Shown here: one piece after another, positions 41,101 through 53,874 of the stretch
Position numbering within the stretch: position 1 is the first letter of the stretch
How the letters are laid out: each line of letters opens with the position of its first letter
From: Ramazzottius varieornatus
Taxonomy: Eukaryota > Animalia > Tardigrada
Direction of reading: 5' to 3'
DNA length: 64,000 nucleotides
Assembly (NCBI GenBank): GCA_001949185.1
Contig: BDGG01000004.1
Location: 2,983,267-3,047,266, forward strand
Made by a program: the position numbers and the translations under genes
The notes under the pieces: model-generated
The model's database searches: none
Told to the model about the DNA's origin: nothing
The model's input: only the letters and a program-made list of their open reading frames with translations

Positions 41101-44100
41101 CACCGAGATCTCTGTCCATGTTGAACGCTCGAATTTCCGCCTCCAGACACTCCCGGAGCTCTTCGCGAGTCCGATGGTTCCAGATTAGGTTAGGCAGGGC
41201 GTGGTCTTGGGCGAACCGGAAGAAGAAAAGGCTCCAGTTGGCTTCGCTGCGAATCTTCTGTCTTCGTTTCCGGAGTACAACTATCTGCTGAGATCGGTCT
41301 TCTTTCTGCTCCATTCCGACGCGACTACGCCAATGCTGAAGCACCTGATTTATCTTCTTTTCGATGACTTTCCACTGGAGTGTTCCGGCTCGCGACTTGG
41401 CGTGCATGTCCTATAGTATAAGAGCAATATTCAGCATTTCAGATCAATAAGTCGACCGACGTATTACATTACCATGTATTAACAGGCACATGACATTACA
41501 TACTGTACAAAACCTTCCATACATGACATCACACATCATACTCACTATGAGAACAGTATATGACATGGCGTTTTACATTACAATACATTACATTACGTGG
41601 TTTACTAACCACAGCCAGTTGCAGGTTATCACGGTTGTGTATCCTGTCGATCTCGTGTTCCGGTACTTCGTCCGTCGACGTCAGGAACTGCAATAGTCCG
41701 TTCGGGAAAATCCGTTCAAGTAGCTGCATCGAGGCGCTATTACCCGTAACCCACAGGGATACCAAGATGCGACTGAGCTGTCTGTTGGTGAGGATTCGAG
41801 CGTCCTGACTCTGCGTGAACAAGGCGATGTGAAGATGCTTTGGAAGAGCTCCTTCGGCTAGCGCCATCTCCTGCATTCGGTTTGCTACATCGTCTTCGCC
41901 TTCTTCGATCAGGGCTTTCATCACAAGTCCCGCACCTTTCACAATAGCCATCGAAGGATGCTGCTCAGAGCAGTCACATCAATCACACCACGCAGATTTG
42001 AATGCTTAATTCGCAATAGATTGAGAATGAGCTCCACCATACCTGAAACAACCTGAAGATACTTCTTCCTCGTGCAGCCACCAACTCCAGCAGCTGGTCG
42101 AATAACGCACCATCTGTGGTCTCTGAATACGGTGCGCATAGCGCGAAGGTGAGGAAGTCTAACGTTCCACTGATGATCAAAGCTCCACTTCCGCGTTGCT
42201 GCAAAATGAATTCTAGTCGTTATTTGCTGTAAAGAAGCAGTGCTAGAGACGAATTATAGCGTACAACATGGGATGTGAAAACATCCAAAACTCCTTCCAG
42301 GAACTTTTTGGACTGCATGAGCGATGCTTTGTTCAGTTGTTCTTGTCGTAAATCATAGTCGTCATGCATGGGCTGCATCAAAGCTCCCAGCATATCTAAT
42401 ACAGCGTACGTGACAGCATCAGAATTTCTGGTCAACGCTTTCACGACTCGGATACCGATCTTTTCACGGAGACCAGGTACTGAGGTGAACGCCGCGAAGC
42501 CAGCTTTGGACGCAACCAGCCTCCGGAGTGCCTGGAAGAGTGCTTCAATCTCCTCCGCCGTGGCTAGTTCAGGACCAATCTCCCGCTCCAGTAGCGACAC
42601 CAAGGCCGCATTGATGAGCTTCTCCTTGTTTTCGGAAAATAGCCTCTGTAAAATCGTAGACGAGATCAGAATCGTTGGTTATTCTTTGGAGGTCTGGAAA
42701 AAAATAGCTTACGTCTTGAGTTACTGCATGAAGCAGGCCGCTGTAGGAAATATTGCTGTTGAACCTTTGTACAACTTCCGAAAACAGCATTCCGCCTGCA
42801 ATACCCTTTATATTCATCACCATAGACAGAAACTGAATTCATTTGAATACTGTACAGTAAAAACGAACCAGGAGAGACTTGCAGGAATTTTAGATGTTGA
42901 CTTTCCACTTCCTCGTCGACCGGGAGGGTGAATGGACCCATACGGTAGCCACGCTTGGTGGGGGACATTTTCACGTGAATATCTCGGTTTCCGGCGGCTC
43001 GGACGCCGTCTACTACGGTAGCCAGTACAGAGTCCCTGATCGAATAGTCACAAATCAGACACGCCAGGATATCAAGTTATGCACGGCCTCCACTACTAAA
43101 GTCTATGAACTTTTGAAACAGGCTTGCCGTCGTACCTGTCTGTTGACGAGTAAGTTCTCGTCTGTCCTTTCACGAATTCTATGCTGAACAGCTGAGGATC
43201 TTGGAAGTGCCGAACGATGCAAAATACCTGTAAAGTCAATATGAATGTCCGATTTAGACTTTGCAATAAGTCCAAGGGAGTAAGTTACATCGACCAAAGG
43301 TTTGACCGTGCATATTGCATATGTAGCAGGGTCGCGTTCCAAGAGACAGGATTCACTCAAGCACAGGATTCTCCTGATCGTTCCCTGTACGACAGAAAAC
43401 CATAACCATAACGCCCGTCACTGTGATATTTCAAAGATTCAACGTTTTAAATACCGCGGCAGCTCGATGGGTTGACTTCTGTACCAGGAACTCGGAAAGA
43501 CTGGTCAAAGCTTCGTCCGAACTACGATGCGGGACAGTACAGTGACAGATAAGAGATTGTCATGGGTGGAGTAAGCAGCCACCCAGCAACACGTACCTGT
43601 ATTTCCCGAAACGTTCGGTGATAAACCGATCAAACGTGAGAGGATCTTTCCTGACGGCTAGGTGCAGCCCGATGAAACCTCCAGCCGCCTCGATGATGTC
43701 CCGGATGATGGCTTCCCTGCTTTCGCTCGCAAACAGATGCTGCAAGAGGAATCTAAACATATGCTACTCGGTGCTCACTCTAGAATGTCGAAATCAGCAG
43801 CCTACTGGTGATCATTAGTCTAGTCAGAATTTGACTATTATCATTGACTAATGTATTGAGTTGCGTGATTACCGGTAGGCTGCTGATTTCGACATTGCAT
43901 TGAAACTCAAAACCTAGCATATCTGATGGGAGAGTGCACATTTACCAGTCTTTCAAATCCTCCCCCGAATACACAAAAGCCACCGGGGTAATCGGAGACC
44001 TACGACATGAACAGATTCCCACAACGATCAAAGAGCAATGCGAAATTATATTACCAGAGCCACTCCTTCGATATCTTTGTAGTCATAACTGGTCAGAACT

Positions 44101-44906
44101 GTTCCGGTGGACACGTCCAGCTGTATCAGTGCGGCATGTCCGATTTCCAGCGTGATCGCGACGCGGCTGTCCGACCAGTGGTGTTTGAAGGCGTTGTATC
44201 TCTAAAATCATACCAACTATGGTAAACAGCCAACTGCGACCCAAACGGAACACGTTGTATAGTACTTACGGGTCGAACTTTGGGAGCTTCGATGAACAAG
44301 TGGCGGAATCTCTGCAACAGAGGCCATAATTATGGTATCTGGAAACCTTTCTGGAGTCCGATTGGAGTGCGCAGTGGTAGTTAGCACGTACCAGACATTC
44401 CGTTAGGAGGTCCGTCCTTTGGTCGCTGGAAAACTTCAAAGTATCTGCTTTTTTTCCTTTCCTCACAGTCAAGACAAAATCCACGCCGGGTTGACCCTTG
44501 ATCGCCGGTGCTATAGATAAGATGTCTCCATACGCCCACTAAAGCGGAATCAAAACACTTTGACCATAGTTACTTGATTTCCCAACTTGCATAAATATCT
44601 CACTTCACCCTTAACCAGATGAGCTATCCCGCTACAGGTTCGGACCTAGCCGTACGGGAACGTTCAAACACACAGTATTTACCTGGTTAGTGTTCTCGAA
44701 TGAGCCAGGATTGTAAGTTGACACCCCTTTTGTGCCGACGGAGAATACTCTTTTATACCTGCAAAAAAGGCCATCGGTTTTTCAAGAAGAAGAAAAACAT
44801 GATAAACATCCATCGATGCATCTGTAGCATACTTTCCCTTCCAGGAATGCTTCGTCACAAAGAAGCAGCAAACATCTTCGTTATCCTGCAGCGGGATGTC
44901 ACCCAT
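35185..44906 (-). CDS. DNAJC13: DnaJ homolog subfamily C member 13 / RME-8, many exons
   Basis: [12 protein letters not shown] start, IWN repeats ([27 protein letters not shown]), GYF-2-like EKEWYYGN...GPFS, J-domain [14 protein letters not shown]-terminal HDLFIT...VAGYLT. Confidence 0.97.
41461..41596. repeat. Degenerate pentameric (ACATT/ACATG-like) low-complexity tract in an RME-8 intron
   Basis: tacattaccatg...catgacattacata...acatgacatcacacatcata...tacattacaatacattacattac. Confidence 0.6.
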
Positions 44907-45831
44907 GTTCGCGCCGGAAGTGGCAGTTATACCGTTCCGTAATCCGCCAGCAAACAAGACGGCTTAACTCCCCCGTCACAAAGCTGCTTCCCCCAGATGC
45001 ATCGCCGTTTCCGTGTACTGTATTTGTTTCGATATCATAAACAGTCCAGGTACACACAGTGCGTAACAAAGCGCAGTAACCTCAGGTTAAGAGAGTAAGT
45101 CTCGGATAATCCTGCGCAGACAGAACGACGATCCCAAACAACTGAAGCGATTTCTTTCCTCTTCACCATCAACTCGATGAATCTGCAACAGGACACTATA
45201 AACTGAAAGATCTAAGATATCCGAAATCACAGTACATACGTAAGAAAGAGGCCGTCACGTCGTCGTCCACTGGTGGTAAATGGTTCCAGCTACAATTTGA
45301 CGATCCAGTCTCAACTGCGCAACCCGCTGAGCCAAGCTTGGAAGATGATCCTAGCAGCTCCCTTTGGGAGTAATCTTCCTCGAAGACTGTAGGCAGACAC
45401 GTATGACATTGTCACATTGACAGAAAGCTAGAAACAGGAAACTGGAAATGATCCACTTTTTACAGAAAACTGTAAATTGCCCAGTCTGACCGGCGCAGAT
45501 GACGTTCGCACCGCTGTTTACATCTCGAACAATGTCAAACAGGGCAGTCATATCATAGTCCATCACACCCTGTATTACCATACTAGTAGCGTACATCACA
45601 TCACGGTCTGGACTGTGGACGTTGGGACCACAAACTTCAGCCATTGTCAGCCACCACAACCCAGAGAGCGCGCATCCGACTGACCGACTGGGTTCTAGCT
45701 TCCCACTTAACGTCTTTTCTTCCAGCTTTTACTTTGGAAATCTCATATTGGTTCTTGATCGACAGGAAGCTCATATCGCGGCGGACGGTGGACAACTTCT
45801 AAAGAGCGGAAGTTAACTTTTCTGCTTCGCC

Positions 45832-48800
45832 ATGAATCACTTCCCGTTTTCCACTCCTCAACCGTCCACGCTAACGTCCGAACAGCAGCACCCGTCTTCA
45901 TCAGAACTTCCCATTGTGACCGACTCAGTCTCGAGAAGATTCGCTTTCTTTGCGTCCGACGTAGACAAATCGAAAGAGGTTAGCCTCGGTTTCAACAGAA
46001 AACCGATTTTTGAAACTTTCGGCGTACCTGTTCGAAGCAACGACGACTTGAGCCAAGTAAGTCGCTACAATCGGTGGACCTTGACGTTTCATTAGCCCGT
46101 TGGCACTAACCTCAGATGTGTCATACTGCTGTAGGTGGTTATGTCCGTCGTGTGGCACTCGGGAACTTTGGGAGCTGCGCTATACAACCCGGAAACCGCA
46201 ACCATCGACTTGCTTCGAGATATTCCGGAAGACCCGACGTACCAGACGCTGCAATCACGTAAGACCTGCTTGCTAACGAAAACCATAATGAATACGTGGT
46301 TAGTATACAGTGATGCTCTGTTGCAGTGGTTCGTTCTGCCAGTCCCTGCATGATCGTGGTCAGTCATACTCTGGATGACAAGCTACGTGAAATTCTGAAA
46401 GAACTCGGTAAGAACTCCAACCTCAGTACCTTCTCCTGCTTATCTCATAATAGGAAACAACAGTTGCAGCGGAAAGTCATGCCGAAAAGGATGATGGAGA
46501 CTTCGCTCTGGAAGCCGAGGAGGGAGATTCACAGTTCATGGATCACAGCAGATTGCTACCTGACCAACGCTCGGGCAAAGCGCGGATCTCTTTGCTTCCT
46601 GGAAAGGATTTTGGTGAGTGCGAAATGTAGTAGCGTTTCAGAACAAAGTGAATATTCGTACTTAGGTCACCAACGAAGACGTAACTCTCTTTTGTAAACT
46701 TTTTATTTCTAGCACTCGGTCCGGCCAAACAGCGTATCGCTCGTCTACGACTTCCTTGCATGCCCGAAGACATAGCAAGTACAGAAATCCATTCCTTCCT
46801 GTCCACCTTCATCGACTTTCAACGATTTTGCATGGTACGAGTGGTTGTCATTTTTACGACGTTTGTTCAACTACGACCTCTCCAAGTAGGTACGAGCTCT
46901 TGGAGGTCTGTTGGTCTACCTCGATAAGCATCCTGGGTCCGAGCGCGCTGGTCCATCCTCCGTACTGGCAGTAAGGATGTTTTCCATGTATGTAGGAACA
47001 GAGTACTGTACAGCAGGTTCTAGTCAGAAATTAGAATTTTATGTCATTGGAATGCTCTCTTTGCAGGGAAGGAGATGTTGTCATCGACCAGAATTCCATG
47101 CAGTAAGTGGCACAACCTCTCGAGTCCCGGTTATTTCTGTTTGCTCATCTAAGTTTCTCCAAAAAATTTTGCAGCGCTCTCCGGGTATTTCACACCAGTA
47201 AGTTGTGGAGCGGTCCTCTCAGTGTTCTGCAAGCTAAGTTATTCGAGCCCTTTTCAGATTCGCATCCATCCGCATTCAAGGCTGGTAAAGCTTCCAAGGA
47301 AGGTGTCAGCCTTTACGCCCTCTTCAATCGTTGTAGGAGTACGATAGGAGCGAGAATGCTGCGGTAAGGTCCATATGGAAACAGTTACAACATGTGTGTT
47401 CATATATTCTGGGAGCTTTTTCCCAACGAAACGTGGTTTTACAGTCTTTGGTTCAGTCGACCGACGCAGAATCCGAGTATCCTGAGATCTCGTCATCAGG
47501 CGATCAGATTCTTTATGAATGCTGACAATGCGCAAGTGAAAGTAGAATTCGAAAAACTGCTTCTGGGAATAAAGGATGTCCGAGTGAGTCAGCTTCCGAG
47601 TTTATCCTTGAATAGTGCAGCTTAATTCCCGTATCTTTTGTAGACCACAATGGGGAGAATGTCCAAAGGGGCATGCACGTTAAACGATTGGATCGCGCTG
47701 CAAAAGGTAATTATAGCTCTGAGGAACCCTAAAATCGTTTTCTTCACGTGCGCAGTAGCGATTTATCAGTAGAACGGTCCATATTCCAGACTGCCGAAAA
47801 TTCCTTCATCCTTTCAAAGATCGTCAGCAGAGAAAATCTTCCGCTTGACATCGAAATCTTCGGCAAGGTTTGCATTATCTGTACGCTTCAGCAGTTTGAC
47901 TTATCTTTCTAGGTTGCGGCGGTGAATCCTCAATAACTTCCGGGTCGTTTCAGATTCAAGACTACTTTGTCAAGGACCTGGGGCGGATTGCTAGGATCAT
48001 TCACAACGTGGTAAGCAAGGTTGGGTCACACTGTAGTTTGCTGCTGGATGACGAACATGCATGTTCCAGGTTGACGCGGAAGCCTCCGTTCTGGAAGAAC
48101 GCATAGTGGTGAAGCCTGGAATTGTGGAAGAACTTGATGACTGTAAGCTGTCTTGATGATTCTCTAGCCAATGTCTCGGTGTAAATTTAGCTTCTCTTGT
48201 CTAGTGAAACGAAGTCTCTACCGACTCAATGAGACCTTGACCGTGATCGCTAATGAAGAGGTCTCCCAGATTGAAGGGCTTACCCGGGAGATCCGCATAA
48301 CATATATTCCACATGTTAGTATCATGTATTGTTCCTGGGAATTCGCAGCGAAAGAGGATGGTTGAGTTGAAAAACTGTATTGGGTTTTCAGATGGGCTAC
48401 TTGCTTGTTCTGAACCAAGGTGCGGAGGATGGTTTAGACGGAAGTTATGAACGTCCGGGTCTTGAGTTTGTGGTAAGCGCATTCCGTTACAGTTTCTGCC
48501 ATATAATCATACAAGTCGTGGATCACCACAGCTGTATTCAGACTTTCGGTCTGCTGTAGTTCAAAGCAAAGAGCGGACTGTTTTACAAGTCAGAAAGGAC
48601 TCGCCAGCTGGACAACGACTTCGGCGACCTCGTCCCTAAGATTCACGACTTTGAACGTGCCGTCCTGATGCAGCTGCAAGAGATCGTTCTTCGTTACACC
48701 AGAGTTTTTCAGGACATCATGGAAGCTGCTGCCGAGCTTGACTGGTACGAACTCCCTTTGGTTAATATTTGTGAGTTCGTCAGATGGATAGATTTTCTTC

Positions 48801-50225
48801 ATAGTTTGATAGCGATGGCCAACGTCGCCACTTCCAGAAATTACACCGTTCCACAGATGGGAAACGACATCGGCATCATGATCGAGGAAGGAAGGTACTG
48901 ACCCACTAAATTGGTCAGAGCGGACGTTCTTTTAGTACATCTGCTCTTCAATTCACTCCTTTTGTCTTCAGACATCCTTTGCAAGAGCTCTACGTTCCTA
49001 CATTTGTCCCAAATTCGACGTCGATCGGTTATGATGAGAACCGAGTCAACATCTTGACTGGACCCAACATGTCGGGGAAAAGTGTCTACCTCAAACAGGT
49101 AGGTCTTTGAACATTCTTTCTATATTCTGCCACGCGACCGCTCGAACTACAGTACAAGACACTATAACCGTGATGAATGAAAATGAACCTAGGTCGCGGT
49201 GATGGTCTTCCTGGCACACGTCGGATGTCCGGTACCGGCTTCGGTGGCCAAGATAGGGTACACGGATAAGATCTTCACACGCCTTCTCAGTGATGAAACC
49301 GTAGCTCTTCGACAGTCTGCATTCCTGATCGACTTGACCCAGGTGCATCCGTCCATTTTACTTCGAATTCGGTGTTATCGTTGAACTCGTGCTTTGTCAG
49401 GTTGGGCTGGCCGTCAACTACGCCACGAACAAGTCGCTGATCATCCTGGACGAGTTCGGCAAGGGAACTCGAGCTTCCGATGGGCTTGCTCTTCTCGCTA
49501 GCATCCTCAGGTTCTTCTCAAACAGGTCGTTTGACACTTCAACCACAAGCTCGACGACCCATGGACTGAGAAACATCGGCAGTGTTAACGGTACCATCAA
49601 CGGAAGGAGGGTCGCACATCAACCGCCCGTGATTCTTCTGGCCACTCACTTCCACACTTTGATGGAACTGGTCCCGACAACGACGATGATACGATATCTC
49701 GTAAGTCTTTTCCCACATTGGCACGCATATTTCAATATCTCAAAGTACATTACTAATTTTGCGTGTAAAACTGCAGACTCTGGACACGGTGCATTCGGAT
49801 GGCCAATCACTGGTTTTCCTGTACAAAGTCAAAACCGGCATGTTCTACTCAAGCCACGCAACACTAACGTCGCGAGCTGCGGGGTTTTCAGAGAAGGTTG
49901 TGGAAAGGATGCAAGAAATGACAGAGAAGTTACGAGACAACAAGCCGATCGAACCTCTGGCCAAGCTTCGCACTAGCGGCGCTGGCTTCTGCGACCTGTA
50001 AGGAACTAACAGTCGTGTTTATTCCCTTCACGTAAAACTTTAATTATATCAATGGAGTTACTTGTGCCTAAATTGAACAGGACTGTGAAGTTGTATGCTC
50101 GTATGTTTCATTCCAGCGCTGGGACGATCGTGGAGAAGGTGAAGAACTTTGATCCTGTCACACATGATGCGCGTGCTATACTAGACGAGGTGCTTTGCAT
50201 CGTCCGACGAAAATCATCCCGCTAA
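45832..50225 (+). CDS. MSH5: MutS homolog 5 (meiotic MutS-gamma), many exons
   Basis: SHPSAFK...[23 protein letters not shown]...[48 protein letters not shown]; no mismatch-recognition domain I. Start codon is approximate. Confidence 0.92.
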
Positions 50226-50468
50226 AGCTAGGTGGCTGGTCTTGGCGTCTGACGTTTCATTGTTTTCTTCTGTGCAGTATTTATTGTTCAATTATTATAT
50301 CACAATTATTGATTCTGCGCTCATAGTATATATAGGTTCTAAGGCTAAAGTACCTGTGCCGACCCCGTACAGAATGTTCTATTTGAATCTCATTTAAGAG
50401 TCAAGACTCGTTCACTAATAGTATCGTAGAACACGGAAGAGCACAATGTCACCTCCCGGATTATGAAT

Positions 50469-51398
50469 TTACGATTGAACGGTGATAGACGAATCAGGAG
50501 ATCGAAGGACTCTCAGTGTGAACGGTGGATCAGTTTTGAGGTGTGCCACACTCTCTTCGAAGTCCAGTCCGTCCAGGCGTATCTCATTCACTTCCGTAAT
50601 CACATCGCCAGCCTTAATATGTGCCGTCGCTGCTGAACTTCCGGGTTTGACAGCAGAGACCAAAATCCCATCCGGATGTGGTCGCACATGAACGCCAAAC
50701 GTTTCTTCGGCTGGAAGATCTTTCACGTACAGCAGCATATCATTCGTTGAGTGTTTGATGTTCGAAGAACCTCTGATTTTTCCGGGGTTCTCGGCGTTCC
50801 ATGATGCGAAGACCCATCGAGGATTCTCATGATTACTTTTTGATTGTAGAGGGACCATTCCCACACGCTTCACCAACAGCTCCAGATGGAAATTAATCTT
50901 GACATAGTCCACAAACATGCGATGGGTAACGTTAGCCGTAGTCAAGCCATTCACGCGAAGAACTTCCAGTCCAGGTCGAAGCCCATTGATCAAGGCCGGG
51001 CTACCCCGATCAACCGACGATACAAAGATGGCGCATTTTTGATCCTTGCCTCCACAAACACGGAACCCAAAGTCTTCTTCCAAATAGCGGCGTTTGAGGA
51101 CGACCCGATCGATCCTGTTTTTGTTGAAGTACGGAAGTGCCGCACTGTACTTCAGCTGGTCTTGAAGACGTACCATTGGTCGACACAAGTCAAACAGATC
51201 CATCTGCTCGGGACTGTGCACCAGCTCAGTCAATCGACGAGCCAACATTGCAGCAGTGGTGAAGCCTATTTGATACTGATTCAACACCTTCTTCAAATAC
51301 AGGCGACTTTGCGTTGATGGGAATATCTTGACGAGTTCCTTGTCGAAATCAACGGCGAAGCGGGTAGTCCGGTCGGGGACTTGCACCGTGGTGGCCAT
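50469..51398 (-). CDS. Intronless harmonin (USH1C)-like protein: N-terminal HHD + 2 PDZ, 309 aa
   Basis: N-terminus (DRTTRFAVDF...YLKKVLNQY...LVHSPEQMDLFDLCRPMVRLQDQLKY) resembles the harmonin N-domain; PDZ1 DFGFRVCGG...IFVSSVDRGSPA; PDZ2 TFGVHV...VSAVKPGSSA...GDVITEVN. Confidence 0.8.
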   Translation of the reverse strand: MATTVQVPDRTTRFAVDFDKELVKIFPSTQSRLYLKKVLNQYQIGFTTAAMLARRLTELVHSPEQMDLFDLCRPMVRLQDQLKYSAALPYFNKNRIDRVVLKRRYLEEDFGFRVCGGKDQKCAIFVSSVDRGSPALINGLRPGLEVLRVNGLTTANVTHRMFVDYVKINFHLELLVKRVGMVPLQSKSNHENPRWVFASWNAENPGKIRGSSNIKHSTNDMLLYVKDLPAEETFGVHVRPHPDGILVSAVKPGSSAATAHIKAGDVITEVNEIRLDGLDFEESVAHLKTDPPFTLRVLRSPDSSITVQS

Positions 51399-51587
51399 TT
51401 CCGGTACGCGAAACTGACAGTCAGAAGCAACAGTGAACAAGTTGATTTACCTATTCATCAGCTTTGGGAAAACTGGTAGACCACTCTACTAAAAATTCGA
51501 GAAGAGTTCCACCGATAAAACATTCAAAACGTATGCCATCTGCTCGACTGAGGCCATGGATTATCAGCAAGGTATCACGAATCAAGT

Positions 51588-52946
51588 TTACTTCTTCTTT
51601 CCTTTTGCTAAGTCAGCCAAAGTTAATTTTTTGCCAGACAATGGTGCCTTCTGAGGCGGCTTATTCGAAGAGGCAGAGGATAAGGCGGGCCTACTGACAT
51701 CAAGATCAGTTTTGTGATTCGAAAATGCGGCAGAAGTTCCGGATAGCATTTGACTAAAAGATGCTTTCAATTGTTCAGAATGTTGTTGAGCAGCTTTCGC
51801 AGCAGGTACAGCATGCTCTGCTAATCTTCCGGCTTGGTGACTGGTCATCTGATTCCGTATTGTTCTGTCATACTTTTCGCGGAGCAGTGAAAGCGCAGAT
51901 TCAGCCAGTTTCTCACAAGAGTGCACACAGAGAGCTAATCCCTAAAACGGAAAAAATGCGTCAGGGACAGCACCAACCAAGAACAGGCACAACAATGTTC
52001 AGCTCGTAGTAAAGAATCAGAGAGTGTCGCTTACCTTTCGGTAAATATCCAGCGACATCTGACCCTTCGTGAACACATGAGCGATTTTGTTCGACAGAGC
52101 AAAGTACTCCATCATTATGATACCCTGTCCTTCCTCCAAATGCTCAAGGTCGATCCGGATTGACGAGGCTTTCTCGTCAGTGGGAGATACCGCGATATCC
52201 TCTCCACTTATCACCTACATTGTCAGCGAAATAAATATGACATAGAAGAGACTTTGTGAAACCCGCACTACGGTGAAATACTTGTGTACTCACCGCTTTT
52301 GCAACGACCATGAAATCTTTCTGGGAATAGCCCATGTCTACAAGAGCAGTCGACAGGCCCAAGATGGACAACGGAAGTTCTACGAAATGGGTATGAGTTG
52401 AACGGTGAGCACAGACCATAATATGGTAAGAATGTTGCGGTAATGCACTCACTGTTGTCGTCATCGCGTATGGCGAACGCATTTGCCTCGTAGTCGGAGA
52501 ATGGACATTGGTTCTGTAAAATGGCAAAAACAAGATTAACAGATTCTTTCATCTTCATTTCGTTGTTGTATATATTGCTGCGCGTGTTTGACTTTTATCG
52601 GAATACCAGGTCGTACCGGGACACTTAGGCTGTCGTACAGCCGGTTCGTCAGCGAAGCGTAGTCCAGCGGCATACCCTTGGTAGGTCCTTCCAAATCATT
52701 TCGTCGATCTACGCCAGATTTCCCCCAAGAAGACCGGCTATGCTCAGCGCGGCTACTGAATGGCAATATGTCTGCTAACATGACGGTGCCCGATCGCTTT
52801 TCCTTGGCATACGAGGTAACCAAGTCTTCGTATTTTACCTCCAACCGCCCACGTAACCATCGTTTTCCTCTTCGGTGTTTTCCTTTTCTTTTGGTTCGAA
52901 GTTGAAGTTCCTCTCTAGACAAGCACGAAGTAGGGTTCAAAGCCAT
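51588..52946 (-). CDS. Multi-exon gene, about 336 aa; divergent similarity to the BRD7/BRD9 C-terminal (DUF3512) region
   Basis: Phase-consistent GT-AG exons 52617-52946, 52453-52513, 52294-52379, 52035-52214 and 51588-51941. The homology is a weak visual match; the 5' end is uncertain. Confidence 0.55.
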
Positions 52947-53509
52947 TACGAGCTCAAAACGACAAATTTATGTAAAGAATATAGAATACTGAACGAGCTG
53001 GGCAGCATGGGCTTTGCGTCGTCTCTGTTAGTAGCCATCTTACACTGAAACTTCCACGACGTTCTTGTGGACATCGCTTCCGCTTTCGAGCTGGACCGTA
53101 TGACATCCATCTTTGAATGTCGTACTGAACAGTCCGATCCCTGTAGAGAGCAAGATTACATTCCGGTTACTTCGGCGTGAAACGTGCAGTACACACAACG
53201 ACGCAGATGTCCCTGAGCCTACCGGTTACAGAAGACTCCAAGGGACTGGCGTCAGCAGTACGGTCCATCATCGCTCATGTACACTCCACCCAGTTAACAT
53301 CCAATGCCTTTGGTACTCACGCAACACTGCAGGAAGTACGACCCGGATCCAGGATTCGGAAATCAGAGGATGACCGAAAGTCCGGCCTCCCCAGATAAAC
53401 AAAATTTTCATAAGCAACTTTGCGATTCCCGAATCAGACTAACGTGTGAAGAGAAATGCGAATCGTCAATCAACCGGACAACCTGAACCTACGAAGTTAG
53501 ACTTCGCGA

Positions 53510-53517
53510 TGACGTCA
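53510..53517. promoter_or_regulatory. Perfect CRE palindrome TGACGTCA upstream of the BRD7/9-like gene
   Basis: Exact CREB/ATF octamer in intergenic DNA; function not shown. Confidence 0.3.
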
Positions 53518-53874
53518 CGGCACTGCTGTTGCGTACTGTTGTCACCATTGTCACTTCTCTATGCCCAGTATGTTTGATGATTGATGAAGCGGTTTTAATT
53601 ACTGAAGCTCTGCGCCAGCGCCGGGCGAAAAACTCACGTTGTCAGTTCCAAATTTTCGAGACGATCCTCTGTTTATCGGATATGGTGGTGCCTAGACCCC
53701 GTACACCAGCCAGAGCATCGTGGTCATGTACAATAAAGAATACAGAAAGAGTACAGCTATCACTCCAGACCAAAGAATTATAAAAGAGCCAGGCAGCGAA
53801 CCCAATGTTCTTCGAAGGCCGCAGCTAAAAAAGGATTGGAAAAGGAAGCAGCAGCAACGGAAGAAAGGAAGTGA

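Noticed and set aside
46666-46680. Possible 15-nt MSH5 microexon (and a 9-nt one near 47913)
   Set aside because: Each would leave a downstream intron of about 32 nt, well below the intron sizes seen in this window.
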